Positions 42,830 to 57,500 of a DNA stretch of 64,000 nucleotides are shown in pieces. The notes beneath the pieces are model-generated. The model was not told where the DNA came from. It ran no database searches and saw nothing but the letters and a program-made list of their open reading frames with translations. The DNA is from the human T2T-CHM13v2.0 reference genome, Homo sapiens. Location of the stretch: NCBI RefSeq assembly GCF_009914755.1, contig NC_060927.1. One strand, given 5' to 3'. Position numbers and translations under genes: made by a program. Within the stretch, counting starts at the first letter, position 1. Each line of letters starts with the position of its first letter.

Positions 42830-45800
42830 CCCCATTGCTCTTTTTCTATGGCTGCCTAGAATTCCATGCTGTGTATGTACCGCATTTTCTTTATTCAGTA
42901 CGTCATTGGTGGGCACCTAAGTTGATTCCATGTTTTTGCAATTGTGAATAGTGCTGTGATGAACATTAAAGGACTTCAGTCTTTTTGGTAGAATATTTCT
43001 TTTGGATATACACGCTTTCATGGAATTGCTGGATCAAATGGTAGCTCTGTTCAAGTTCTTTGAGAAGTCTCCAAAATGCTTTCCATAGAGGCTGAACTAA
43101 TTTACATTCCCACCAACAGCGTATGTGTTCCCTTTTTTCCACAGCCTTGCCAGCATCTGTTATTATTATTATGTTTTACTTTTCAATAATAGCCATTATA
43201 AGTGGTGTGAGATGGTATTGCATTATTTTAATTTATATTTCTCTGATGATTAGTGAATTAGTGACATTGAAGATTTTCTCATGGTTGTTGGCCACTTGTA
43301 TGTCTTCTTTTGAGAAGTGTTTGTTCATGTATTTTGCCTCCATTTTAAACAGGATTGTTTTTTGCTTGCATGATTGTTGAAGTTTCTTAAAGGCTTTGGA
43401 TATTAGATCTTTTTCAGCTGCATAGTTATCAATTTTTTTTTCTATCTACTAGGTTGTATGTTTACTTTATTACCAGTTTCTTTTGCTGTGCAGGAGCTCT
43501 TTAGTTTTATTGGGCCCACTTCTCAATTTTTGTTTCTGTTGCCATTGCTTTTGAAGAATTAGTCACAAATTATTTCCCAATGCTGATTTCCAGAGCGACG
43601 TCTCCTAGGGTTTCTTGTACGATCCTTTTAGTTTGAGTCCTTACATTTAAATATTTAACCCTTCTTGAGTTAATTTTTGTATATGACGAAAAGAAGGGGT
43701 ACAGTTTTATTTTTCCACATATAGCTAGTCAGCTATCTGAGCACCATTTACTGAATAGGGAATCCTTTCCCAATTATTTGTGCCAAGTTTGTCAAAGATA
43801 AGAATGGCTGTAGGTTTGTGGGTTTATTTCTGGGTTCTCTCTTCTGTTCCAACTGTGTACATTTCCATCTTTGTACTAGCACCATATGATTTTGTTTACT
43901 TCAGCATTGTAGTATGTTTTGAAGTCCGGTAATCTGCTGCGTCCATCTTTGCTCTTTATTTTTCTTTAGGATTGCTTAAGCTATTCAGGCTCTTCTTTTG
44001 TTCCATGCAAATGTTAGAATAGTTTTTATTGTTGTTCTTTCTTCTACAAAGATGGCATTGGTAATTTGATAGGAATAGCGCTAGCTCTAGATTGTTTTGG
44101 GCAATATGGACATTTTAACAATATTGATTCTTCCAATCTATGAGCACAGAATATTTTTCCATTTGTTTGTGTTATCTGTGATATCTTTCAGCAGTGTTTT
44201 AAGTTCTCTTTGCTGAGATCCTTTTTTTTTCCTTAGATGTATTCCTAAGTATTTATGTGTGTGTGTGGTTATTGTAAATGAGATTGCATTCTTGATTTGA
44301 CTCTCAACTTGAATGCTATTGTTGTATAGAAATGCTACTAATTTTTGTACATTGACTTTGTAATCTGAAACTTCACTGAAATCATTTATCAGTTCCAGGA
44401 GCATTTTGGCAGAGCCTTTAGGGTTTCCTAGGTGTAGAATAACATCTCCAGAGAACACAGATAGTTTGACTTCTTCTTTTCCTATTTGGATGCCTTTTAT
44501 TTCTTTCTCTTGAGTGATTACTCTATCTGGGACTTCCAGTGCTATGTTGAACAGGGGTGGTGAAAGTAAACATCTTTGCCTTATTCTCATTCTCAAGGAG
44601 AATGCTGCTAGTTATTGCCCATTCAGTATGATGTTGGCTGTGGGTTTGTCATAGACGGCTCTTATTATTTTGAGGTATGTCCCTTCAGTGCCTAGTTTGC
44701 TGAGGGTTTTTAACATAAAAGGATGTTGGATTTTATCAAAAGCCTCTCTGCATCTATTGAGATAATCATGGTTATTGTTTTTAGTTCTGTTTTTGTGGTG
44801 AATCACATTTATAGATTTGTTTATATTGAACCAACCTTGCATCCTAGGAATGAAACCTATTTAATGATGGTGAATTACATTTTTGACGTCCTGCTGGATT
44901 TGGTTTGCTAGTATTTTGTTGAAAACTTTTGTATCTATGTTCATCAAGGATATTGACTTGTAGGTTTTTTTTTATGTTTTATTTTTATTTCTATCTTTGA
45001 TGGGTTTTGGTATCAGGATGATACTGGCTTCACAGAATGAATTAGAGATGAGTTCCTCCACTTCAATTTTTTGAAATATTTTCCATAGAATTGGTAACAG
45101 TACTGTCTTTGCACATCTGGTAGAATTTTGCTGTGTATCCATCTGGTCTGGGGCTTGTTTTGGTTGGGAGGTTTTTTAATACTGATTCAATTTTGACCCT
45201 TAGTATCGGGGGAAATTCAGCCAGATATTGGGTGAAATTCACCCCTGATATTTCACGTAGGTTCTTTTCTGTTTTCCCTAAGTGTCGGCTGGTCTGAGAA
45301 ATAAAGGTACAGAGTACAAAAGAGAGAAATTTTACAGCTGGGTGTCCGGGGGAGACCTCACATGTTGGCAGGTTCCGTGATGCCCCCTGAGCCGTAAAAC
45401 CAGCAAGTTTTTATTAGTGATTTTCAAAAGGGGAGGGAGTGTACAAATAGGGTATGGGTCACAGAGATCACGTGCTTCACAAGGTAATAGAATATCACAA
45501 GGCAAATGGAGGCAGGGGGAGATCACAGGACCACAGGTCCAGGGCGAAATTAAAATTGCTAATTAAGTTTCAGGCACGCATTGTCATTGATAACATCTTA
45601 TCAAGAGACAGGGTTTGAGAGCAGACAACGAGTCTCACCAAAATTTATTAGGTGGGAATTTCCTCATCCTAATAAGCCTGGGAGCGCTACAAGAGACTGG
45701 GGCTTACTTCATCCCTACAGCTTCAACCATAAAACACAGCCACCCACTGAAGCGGCCATTTCAGAGGCCTGCCCTCAGGGAAGGATTCTCTTTCTCAGGG

Positions 45801-46470
45801 ATGTTCCTTGCTGAGAAAAAGAATTCAGCGATATTTCTCCCATTTGCTTTTGAAAGAAGAGAAATATGGCTCTGTTCCGCCCAGCTCACCGGCAGTCAGA
45901 GTTTAAGGTTATCTCTCTTGTTCCCTGAACATTGCTGTTATCCTGTTCTTTTTTCAAGGTGCCCAGATTTCATATTGTTCAAATACACATGCTCTGCAAA
46001 CAATTGGTGCAGTTACCGCAATCATCACAGGGTCCTGAGGCAACATACATCCTCCTCAGTTTAAGAAGATGATGGGATTAAGAGATTAAAGTAAAGACAG
46101 GCATAGGACATCACAAGGGTATTGATTGGGGAAGTGATAAGTGTCCATGATATCTTCACAATTTATGTTCAGAGATTGCAGTAAAGACAGGTGTAAGAAA
46201 TTATAAAAGTATTAATTTGGGGAACTAATAAATGTCCATGAAATCTTCACAATTCACGTTCTTCTGCCATGGCTTCAGCCAGTCCCTCCTTTTGATGTCC
46301 CTGACTTCCCGCAACACCTTAATATTGGTCTGTACAGGGTTTCAATTTCTTCCTGATAGATTGAATCTTGAGATATTGTGTGTTTTCAAGAATTTATTCA
46401 TTTTCTATAGATTTTGTAGTTTGTTTGTATATGGGTGTTCATAATAGCCTCTGATAATCTTCTGAATTTA
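42830..46470 (-). mobile_element. L1 (L1PB/old L1PA) ORF2 fragment interrupted by MER11; 3' terminus not visible
   Basis: Decayed RT frames on - ([16 protein letters not shown]..., RQRCLLSPPLFNIALEV...[16 protein letters not shown]). Confidence 0.88.
45204..46316 (-). mobile_element. MER11 solo LTR (HERV-K HML-8/HERVK11 LTR)
   Basis: Reverse complement starts TGTTGCGGGAAGTCAGGGAC; ~1.1 kb; 6-bp TSD CCTTAG (45198-45203) / CCTTAA (46317-46322); internal ~90-bp tandem repeat at 46081-46261. Confidence 0.92.
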
Positions 46471-49400
46471 TGAGAATGCTTATTTCCTCAGAGATTTGCC
46501 AATAGATTATGTAATCACATATAACTTTAAAAAATCTAATTAGGTTTAGGTTGAACTAAAAAACTTCATAAGGTTGAACATCTTTTTATTTGTTGGAGGT
46601 GTTTTGTGTTTATATTTTACATGAAATTTCTGTTCACAGTTTTTTTTCCCTTACAACAACTTTTTTTTCTCTTCAAATTTTAAAAGCCTTTTTCATTTTT
46701 GGATTTTAGCCCTTATGATTGAAATAGAAAATATTTTTGTCTCTGTTTCAATTTTTACTTTGGTATTATTTTCATTATTATTAATTATTATTATTGCCAA
46801 ATAGGTTTTGAAAACATTTTATTAAGATACCATTTATATACAAATAAATTATCCTTTATAGTGAAAAATTCTAATAAATGGTGATAAATGATATATAGCC
46901 ACTATTACAATCAAAATGGAAAAATGTTTTATCATTCTTTACTTGGGTGTTGTAAGGTCCTGTGTACAATTCTGCTAGAATTCCCATGGGCTATTATATC
47001 ATTATAAAATTACCAAGGTAAAATATTCTCCCTATGTTCTAAAATCTGAGACTGAATTGCAAATCTGAGCCTGAAGAAATCTTATCAAGTTTTATCATTC
47101 TTCACAAATACCACCATTTTTTCTGTGGTTCTCATGTTCTCAATGCATGCACTAGAATATAAGGGTTTTGGTGTTACTTGCTTTTCACCATTATTGATAC
47201 CTCTTGGTTGGTATACCATTATTGTTGCATACACAACTATGTATTAGTGTTTTGAATTCCTCTGAAATCTGCCAAACTATGACTTTTGTGGAGATAAGGG
47301 GATAAATAAAAGATATTTTACTCCTGTGTCCCCTTTGTTAACAGTTCATTTTACTTTCTCTCTGATACTAATGTATCATCCCTTCACTTGCAAAGAAAGA
47401 AACCTTAGATAGGAAAGTCATATGGTCCGCTGTTTGTGTAGTTTGTAACAATTACTTTCCACTCTCCTTGCACTATGAGATGAAGGCACAGGTCCTGCAG
47501 GAGTCTAGCACCCATATCAAAGCATTCAGTGGCAACCCACATCAGAAGTACATACATAGGAGAGGAGAAGAAAAGCTTGAGTTGTCCTGAGCCAGAAGTT
47601 AATCTTGAGATTATTATGGAAATTCCATGTGATCAATTAAAAATAGTTTTCTATGTTTTTAAACTTGATGGTGTTTATTGGTTTTGTTAAATATTTCAAA
47701 TATAATTTGTGGTGACTTATTTCTCATTCTAAATTAAACATACCCTCTTATACTTTGTTTAGTATTTTAAAGGTTATATCCATTTTCTTAAAGGAAGAAT
47801 CCAAAAAGTGTGAATTTATGCTCACCAAATCTGGATATCCCCTGCTCTGAGAAAAACTGTTCACATTTCCACTTACCAAGAGTCACAGTCTGTTTTTATT
47901 CTCTTCCTTTATCACTATTCTTTAGTCACTTCTGTCCATGCTGCCTTGTCAGCCGTAATAATAACTGTAAAATCTGATGTAGCTTTTACTTTATATGCTG
48001 TGATCTTTTATAAATATTTCATACTTCTGACTAAGGCAGGTACTATTTTCATCATCATTTTACAGATCAGAAAAGAGAGAATGGAGAGTTCAACCTCTAT
48101 ATTAAGGTTAAATGGCTAGTTGTAGTTGTGTGTCTGTGTACTTAATCACTGTGTTATATTGAAAATGTTTAACACTAAATACAAAAAAATATGACTCTAA
48201 GCTTTCAGTTTACTAGTTTATAATTCCTTATATTTGAATTATGCATCTAAAATGTCATCTTCCCTTTTCCCTTCTTTTTAAAATACTTTTCCCCCTTTAT
48301 TCTTAACAGACTCCATTCATTTTCAAACGCATTAATGTCATCATCCTATTCCTCCTCTCCCTTCAGTGCTGATGTTACAGACACTTAGGATACATTTAAA
48401 TTCTTTTATCACATTCTGAATTCCATCCTAGGATAATATAGGGCAGTGAAACTATTCTGTATAATACAAAACATTAAACATTTGTGAAAATCTATAGAAC
48501 CTTATAGCACAAAGAATAATCCTGTTATTCTTTTACTAATATCTTTTCAAAAATGAATAATGTATGTAGAAGTATTCTATTGAAAAATATCTTGCCAAAA
48601 CTTTGATTTTCTTCAGAGTACCTCATATATCACTTCATGTAATGAAAGACACTAGAAAGAAAGGTTCATAGCATGTACATACCTTAGAAAATGTGATTAT
48701 AAATATGAATTCAGATTTTGAAGCAATTAGCAGGTCAGGATAGTCACTGGGCAGTACAATTTTTATTCTAACAGTGAAACGGTTTCAGGGGATTTTGTTC
48801 CTTCACACATCTTATCAGAAAATAATGCATCGTAATACTTCATAAATTATAAAACAAGCACTGCTTTCAAAAAATGACATGAAATTTGTAATGAATATGT
48901 GGCATGTACATACGGACAGCCCTTTGTCATCACTTGTGAATAAAAATGTACTGTAGTCAGTTAGGTCAGTTTAGTGTGTAGTAAGCTGCAGTTGAAACTC
49001 ATCTTTATTGCCCTCCCCTCCAGTACATCTCAATAATACCAAGAATGAAGTTAATACATTTGGCCCATATTAGAATTGCCCCTTGTTCATTCTACACATC
49101 CTGTGATCCGTTGTTTAACATCTAAGCTAATGCTGAAAATTGCAAAGGAAGATGAAACTGGAAAGAAATGCTGAGGTATTCTATTTCCTCAAAACACATA
49201 TTTTGATAAGTTCTCTGAAAAGTGTCTATTCAGTATATTTTAGGGTTGATATTGATAAAGGCAGTAGCTAATGTGTTACTTAGCTAAACTAAGGGAATAA
49301 ATACATTATAATGATCTATTTTTGGACAACACTTTGAAGGTTGCAAATGATTTCATAGTTGCATTTTATTTATACTCTATTATAAACACCTGACGTGCAC

Positions 49401-50104
49401 AGATTTAAAATTATTCTATAGTCAACAAAACTGAAATTTAGAGATGTTAAAATATATGCCCCTGTTAGTATACCTAGCTCAGCATGGGGATGCTCTCACA
49501 ATAATTTTTTATTTAGTCATGTATAGTTTCTGGATCTTTTGCTATCATCACATTTACCTGTTTTTCAACTATTTTTCTAGCTTGTAGACATGTTATAGAT
49601 ACTGTTATTATGGATATTTTTAGCCAACTTTCAAAAAGTCGAGGGAGTGGTAATATTCATGCTTGCTCCTCTTTACTTCTTAGATTTTATGAGTCTCTTC
49701 TTTTAGAGAAGATTTGTTTAATAATATAGATAAAGATATACAACATGTCTCCTTGTCATTTGTTATAATCTTAAAGATTCATTGGAAACTACCTCATATG
49801 GAAATGATTATATAATTGTCAGAATATTTTACCTTTAATTTGGAGCAACATTTGTTATGTTATCATTGTGATGTTTTCAATATGACTTTCTTGGGAGTCA
49901 CTGATATAGTTGAAACTTTTCTCTGACTATATATTTAGCTTTAAAATATTAGTATTGTTTCAGCTATTGAGATTGTCTCATTTTCTTTGTATTAATGATA
50001 AAATAGTTCAGATTATTTCAACAGTTTTATCACTAGTGCCATAAGAAACAAGAGGACAGCTTCTATCTAATGTAACTTTTAAAACAATCAACTCAATCCA
50101 AATA

Positions 50105-52418
50105 TGATATGGTTTAGCTGTGTCCCCACCCAAATCTCATCTTGAATTGTAGCTCCCATAATTCCCACATGTGATAGGATGGACCCAGTGGGAGGCTAAT
50201 GAATCATGGGGCCAGATTTTCCTGTGTTGTTCTCCTGATAGTGTATAAGTCCCATGAGATCTGATGATTTGATAAAAGGGCAGTTCCCCTGTACATACTC
50301 TCTTGCCAGTGCCACATATGATGTGATTTTGCTACTCATTTGCCTTCTGCCATGATGGTGAGGCTTCCCTATCCATATGGAACCGTGAGACAATTAATCC
50401 TCTTTCCTTTATAAATTACCCAGTCTCTGGTATGTATTAGCAGCATGAGAACTGACTAATAACATTAAATTAGTACTGCAGTAGGGCGGTAAAGAGTAGG
50501 GCCGGTAGAGAGTAGGGTGCTGCTGTAAAGATACCCAAAAATGTGAAAGTGACTTTTGGAATTTGGGTAACAGGCAGAGGTTAAAACAGTTTGGAGGGAT
50601 AAGAAGAAGACCGGAAAATTTGGAAAAGTTTGAAACTTCCTAGAGAATTGGAGGGCTCAGAAGACAGGAAGATGTGGGACAGTTTGAAAATTCCTAGAGA
50701 CTTGTTGAATGGCTTCGACCAAAATGCTGATAGACATATGGAAAATGAAGTCCAGGTTGCAGTGATCTCAGGTGAAGATGAGACATTGTTGGGAATTGGA
50801 GCAAAGGTGGCTCTTTGTATTCTTTGGTAAAGAGACTGACAGCATTTTGCTCTGTCCTAGAGATTTGTGACACTTTGAACCAGAGAGAGATTATTTAGGC
50901 ATCTGGTGGAAGAAATTTCTTAGCAGCAAAGTGTTCAAGTGGTGACTAGCATGCTATTAAGGGTATTCAGTTTTATGTATTGACAAAGATATGATTTGGA
51001 ATTAGAATTTATGTTTAAAAGGGAGGCAGAGCATAAAAGTTTGGAAAATTTGCAGCCAGATGATGTAATAGGAAAAAAAAAATTCCTAAGGAGAAATTCC
51101 AGCCTGCTGCAGAATTTTGCATAAGTAACAAGGAATCAAATGTTAATCACCAAGATAATGAGGGCAATGTCTCCAGGGCATGTCAGAGGCCTTCATGGCA
51201 GCCCCTCCCATCACAGGGCCTAGGAGGAAAAATGTTTTTGTGGCCCAAGCCCAGCCACCTCCCCACCTCCCAGCTCTGTGCAGCCTAGGAACTTGGTGCC
51301 CTGCATCTCAGCTACTCAAACCATGGTTAAAAGGCACCAAGGTATGATCAGACTGTAGCTTCAGAGGGCATAAGCCCCAAACCTTGGCAGCTTCCATGTG
51401 TTGTTGAGCCTGTGGGTGCACAGAAGTCAAGAGTCGAGGTTTGGGACCCTCCACATAGATTTCAGAGGATGTGTGGAAAGGCCTGGATGTCCAGACAGAA
51501 GACTGCTGAAGGGCAGAGCCCTCATGGAGAACCTCTGCTAGGGCATGTGGAAAGGGAATATGGGGTTGGAGCACCTTCACAGAGTCCCCACTAGGGCACT
51601 GCCTAGTGGAGCTGTAAGAAGAGGGCCACTGTCCTCCAGACTCCAGAATGGTAAATCCACTAACAGCTTGTGCCATGTGCCTGGAAAAGCTGCAGACACT
51701 CAACCTCAGCCTGTGAAAGAAGCTGGGAGGAGGCCTGTACCCTGCAAAGCCAGAGGGGTGGAGCTGCCCAAGGCCATGGGAGGCCACCTCTTGCATCAGT
51801 GTGACTTGAATGTGAGCTGTAAGATTTACTTACTCCCTCGTTGGATTTTGGACTTGCATGGGGCCTATAGTCTCTTTGTTTTTGCCAATTTCTCCCATTT
51901 GGAATGGGTTTATTCCCAATGCCTGTACCCCCATTGTATCTAGGAAGTAACTAACTTTCTTTTGATTTTACAGGCTCATAGGTGTGACTGTTGGAAAGGC
52001 ATGATTGGTTTTGAAATGTAAGAACATGAGATTTGGGAGAGTCCAAGGGAGGAATGATATGGTTTGGCTGTGTCTCCATCCATATTTCATCTTGAATCGT
52101 GGCTCACATAATTCCCATGTGCCATGGGCAGGACCCAGTGGGAGGTAATTGAATCATGGGGGCAGGTTTTCCTGTGCTGTTCTCATGATAGTGACTAAGT
52201 CTCATGATATCTGACAGTTTGATAAAAGGGCATTTTCCCTGCACACACTCTCTTGCCTGCCACCATGTAAGATGCAATTTTGCTCCTCATTAAACTTCTA
52301 CCATGATTGTGAGGCCTCCCAAGCTATGTGGAACTGTGAGTCAATTAAACCCCTTTCCTTCAAAAATTACTCAGCCTTGGGTATATCTTTATTAGCAGCA
52401 TGAAAACAGACTAATACA
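50105..52418 (+). mobile_element. Near full-length THE1 (THE1B-like) element: 5' LTR 50105-50464, internal region, 3' LTR 52055-52418
   Basis: Two TGATATGGTTT...ACA LTRs around THE1-int motifs (GGGTAACAGGCAGAGG, CAGAGTCCCCACTAGGGCACTGCCTAGTGGAGCTG); purine-rich tract before the 3' LTR; TSD AAATA/ATATA. Confidence 0.95.
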
Positions 52419-54319
52419 ATATATGTCTATGAATACATATACATATACTATATATTATTTTATTGGTATGCATATATTTACTAAAAATAATGTACGTTTA
52501 TTATAAGCAATAAATATCATATCAATTTTTCACTTGTGTGTAATCAATAATAAGTATACACAGTTCACAATTTATATGATACTATAAGAGTACAAATTGA
52601 TGAAGCAAGCTAAATACATGCAAAATGATATTAATCAACAATAAAAAAAGAGGATTATCTTATTACCTTTAAACAATTGTGTCAGAACACTAAAATTCTC
52701 TTATTGTTGGTGATAAATATATGGGAAAATTCAAAAATAATCAAATATTTATTTTACACAGTTATATACAATATTAGAAACATTGATAATTGTTTTGTTT
52801 CTTTGAAAAAATCTTATCAAGAGTAATTTGAACATTGTTTGCCTTCTCATTTTATAATGCACAATATGAAATGAGAATCCTTTTTATAACTTGGCCAGTT
52901 ATCATACTCTTTCTAAATTTGGATCCGTTTCCAACATTTAATTTTTTTTGTTTCAATGTTGTGCAATATATTCAAGATTGTCCTTACTATGAAGTTTTCT
53001 CCATTCACTTTCTTTGGGACATCATCTTTTTTATTGAAACTTCCCCTTCATTTATGTCAATACTTTTGCCTTCATTAACTATTTCTGCCTCCATATTTAG
53101 AATCCCTTGAACAGTAGCAGTGTCAACATTCCCAGAACCAATGGTCAGTCTGTTTCTTCTATAGCTTCATTTACATTTGATTAGAATTTTACTACCAGAA
53201 TTATCATTCTTTGCTTCTTTGTGCACTTTTATTTTTGTTGGCCAATTTTTTCTCTTGATCATTTCTTCAATAAAATATCACCTGTATTCATTACTGAGAA
53301 CGAGGAAACAGCACAACTACATGCTTTACTATTTGTGTATTAACTGAATTACAGATATGCAGACTTTGGGATAAGTGATATGTTTGGTGATTATTATGTA
53401 CATCTGGTTTCACTTAATGAATTTTGGACTGAAAAGCTAGCAGCAAAGTTTGTACTTCATGGAATTACTCAGTTAATATACTGTGGTAGCTGAAATTTGT
53501 ACCTTCTTGCTGTTGCACTGGTGTTATTTAATTAAACCACTAAACTTAGTAATGAAAATCCATGCGTATTGCGACTGTGAAAAGTGAGTACTGCTTGAAT
53601 TAAAATTTTGGCATATACTTCAGTATTTGTATTCTGCCCAAATACACCTTTGATTCTCTTTATTTTCTCTTCACAGATTTTCAAAAGCATACATTTTGCC
53701 AAAGTTTTCTCCTGAAAGCCATACCTATTTACATGTTTACAAAACTGTGTTACAGAAATGTGCTAATTTTCCCCAAACATCCATTTGTTAGTCAAGTGGT
53801 ATCTAATTCAATTTATATTGAAAACAAATCCACTCAGACTTAGTGATAAAATGCAATTCGTAAAATATTCAGTTCATCAAAATAAAACATGTAACTTTTT
53901 CCTCTAACCAACATATTGCATTTCAGTATAGTAAATAGTAAAAATACAGACACCAGTTGAGATAAACACATTTATTTCTTTATTTTTAGTTATATTTACC
54001 ATTAATGTTTACCTTACATTTAAAATTATATTAGACTTGAATTGATTTGCTTGCTATAAAACACTGTAACAAAAGAAGAATGAGAACTCATGCTTAGAAA
54101 TGAAATGCCTTTGCACTAAGGCTCTTCTAAAGGTACCAGTAATGTCCTTTCTGAGACTAAAATTATTTATTGTCTTGGAAATGTTTCCAACATTCGTCCT
54201 TTCACAGTATAAGGGCAGTGAAAAAAGTTTTCCTCAGCAAAACATGTATATTGCAAAAATTTCAAGTGATCTGAAAATCATAAAATGTGGTATAAGAATA
54301 GCTTCTATTTAAAGGGTAC

Positions 54320-54520
54320 CAATGTATGAAGTGGTGTTTTAAGTGCTTTACTCGTGACAACTTATTCAGTCTTCTAGAAGAGCTCTCAGAAGTGGAAGCC
54401 AGTATTGTCTTTGTTCTGCATGTGAGAAAACTGATACAAAATTATTAAATAACCTTACCAAAGTCCCTACTCTGCTGGGTGTGAGAATGTGTATTTGAAC
54501 CTAGGCTTCCTGATTCCACA
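54320..54520 (-). mobile_element. MIR fragment
   Basis: TTTTAAGTGCTTTAC...GAGAAAACTGA...TTAAATAACCTTACCAAAGTC...ATTTGAACCTAGG. Confidence 0.55.
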
Positions 54521-57500
54521 TCATGCTAATCATGTATTCCAGCAATTATATTTTACAATTTATATGTCAAAAATCACTAATACAAAAACAAAGCAAAAAG
54601 AATATTAGTTTGGATCTGTACTTCCAGAGATTAAAGTAAAATTTAAAAAAATAGATTAATATCATCTTGCTGATGTGAAAGTGAGTTTGAAACATTGCTT
54701 TATTTTAAAGTTATTTTGGATATTCTACTTTTCTCCTAATATATTAGTGTCTAAGTTGCATAAGTTACTTGATATCTATAAATTAAAATGTATAAATATT
54801 ACCACTGAGAATAAAATTAGTACATTGTATGAACTATTTGATTTTAAGCAAGTATGAATGGCATGTCTACAAATTTCCCAAATATGTAGAATTCTCTTCA
54901 CTGTTTCACAGTATGGTTTAATGAATTTTAAGTTAAAACATTTAGTTATTCTGTTAAATATTCTGAACAGTTTGTTAGAAATCTTTTGAACCATTTTGAA
55001 AGGAAGTAACTGCATAGTGTTTTTAGTTGCATTCCAGCATATTCATATATTTAAAACATTTGGATAACAACTCCCTTCCCAGTTGTTAAAGCAAGGGGTA
55101 TTTTGTGGAATAAAATTAACTAGGAAGAAAAGATTGAGCTTAATTCATCACTTTCAATAAAGTAAATGATAGACATAGAGTTTGTTAAAATATAGGAAGT
55201 GTGGTTAAGGAAAATATTATAAATCAGGAGAGCACAGTGATAAGATAAGAGCACATTTAGAATGTTGATGAAATTGGAATGTGTCTTGGGATATATGGTG
55301 AATATTCATTCTTCCAAGAAAAACTCATCTAATCTCCATCTAATAATTCAGCATTCTAATTACATGGCAAGATTTGAATTAATATGTTTACTAAGGACAT
55401 GAATTTTAATTTTACTTAACCCCACCATAATTTGATTCATAACATGAATAATTGTATTCTTCTGAAATACTTGGGGACTCTGTGAATTTACACAAATAAA
55501 AGCACATGAGTTGGAAATTGACTTTTGGTTTTACGCCAAGTCTAGTCTCTTTACATTTCTGTTGTGTCCTTGTATATTAAAAATGTAAAAATATTTTTGA
55601 AATATTTAAAAGACAGAGCCGAAACATTCATATTACTTCTTAATGAAAACTTTTCTTCTTGCACAATCCCTGGAAAACTGTACAATTTTGTAAAATACTA
55701 GATTTAGTTAATTCTATGAATAGAAAAACAAGCACTTTTGAGTAAGTAAGATTACGATTAAGAAGTAAAAAATAAAATCTATTAGGAACTGATTTGGTAA
55801 AGGAAGAAAATGATTCTATAGCCAGATAACTAATTCCTTCTTAATTAATCCCATTAGATCTTAAAGACTTAGTGTAACATTAGAGGTAAATATTAAAAAT
55901 ATAAAATGATTTTTATTTTTGGCTATAGTAGAAATTTATAAACTTTGATTCCAGCTGCCTCTCCACTCACAACTAAATTTTTTCTGATATCAAAACTTTT
56001 ATTACAAAAAAAGCTCTCAAATGTGTTCTCATCATACAGCTGTTTCAGTTAGCCTTTATCTCATTAGAATAAAATTAAAAAGCAATGCCTGAGATCTATG
56101 CCCTTTTAATAATCCAAAATCACTGGTGTGGACCTTAGTAATTAAACTGCTTCCAAGCCTTGGCAAGTTAGTTACTATGATTTAAATGTCATTATTTTTA
56201 TTTTGAAACTAGTGTGGGAATCTAACAAGATTCATTGACATTTTGCCAAATTAGTAGTATTCTAGAGAAGAAGGAACACTGGGGAAAAAAAAATACTTTG
56301 GCCAAATGTCTGTTTTACAATTAAGAAACCCTATAATGTTTAATGTTTAATGTTAATTAAACATTGATGTTTAATGTTAATATTTCCCAGAACTTTAGTT
56401 CCTTTATCAGAATTATAGATACTATCTTTATAAGTTTTGATGATTTAACAAAATGTCATCTTTTAAAAATATGTTGTAAACCAAATATTAGCATGCAACT
56501 AACCTACTACTACAGCAAAGTATTCCCAATTAACTGAATCCAAATTTCTGAAATGAAGCAACTGATGGTATAACAAAAAAAGTAAAAATAGTATGTAATA
56601 ATAAAAAAGATTAATCGTTTAAATTTTATTACATTTACTTTTCTTTTTTCCTGTCAGCTAAAGTTATTTTTTAATTCTGTTTATCTTTTCAAAAAATCAG
56701 CTCTTTATTACTCTTTTGTATTTTTTAGTTTTTGCTTCATTTATTTATGCTCTGATCATTTGTATTTCATTTCTTCTACTAATTTTGGCTTTAGATTGTG
56801 TTTTTCTAGTTCTTTGAGGTGTAAGGTTAGGTTGTTTATTTGAGATCCCTCTACTTTTTTCAGTTAAGCATTTATTGCTGTAAACTTCTCTCTTAGAACT
56901 GCTTTTACTCTTCCCCACAAGTTTTGCTATGTTGTATTTCCTTTTTTTTTTTTATCTCAAGGAATTTTTTACTTCCTTTTTTATTTCTTTATTGCTACAC
57001 TGGTTGATTATAGGCATGTTGTTTGCTTTTTATTTATTCATACAGTTTCTAAAGTTCCACTTGTTATAAATTTCTAGTTTAATCCACTGTGGTCAGAAAA
57101 TATGCTTGATAAGATTTCAGCTTTAAAATTTGGTAAGATTTTTGTGTGGCCTAACATAATTCATGCTGGATAATTTTTAAATGTGCTATTGAGAAAAATA
57201 TGTATTCTGCTGCTCTAAGGTGGAATGTTCTGTAAATGTCTGTTGGGTCCATTTGATTTAGAGTACAGTTTAACTCAATGTTTCTTTGTTCATTTTCTGT
57301 CTGGGCGATCTATCTATTGCTGAAAGTGTAGTGCTGAAGTTAGTAATTTTTGTATTAGAGTCAATCTCTCCCTTTAGGTCTGTAAATATTTGCTTTATAT
57401 ATTTAGGTGTTCCAATATTAGGTGCATATATATTTACAATTGTTATATCCTCTTCCTGTATTGTATCATTACACAATGACCCTCTTTGTCTTTTTAAAAA

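Noticed and set aside
45581-46064. 77-aa and 149-aa ORFs
   Set aside because: Inside the MER11 LTR; no recognisable protein.
46081-46261. ~90-bp tandem repeat as a novel array or CRISPR-like structure
   Set aside because: Two copies without spacers, internal to the MER11 LTR; eukaryotic context.
50588-50700. Tandem duplication in the THE1 internal region
   Set aside because: I recall similar duplications in THE1-int sequences, so it is not considered locus-specific.
51308-51943. 162-aa and 132-aa ORFs
   Set aside because: Lie within THE1 internal sequence; typical non-functional MaLR frames.
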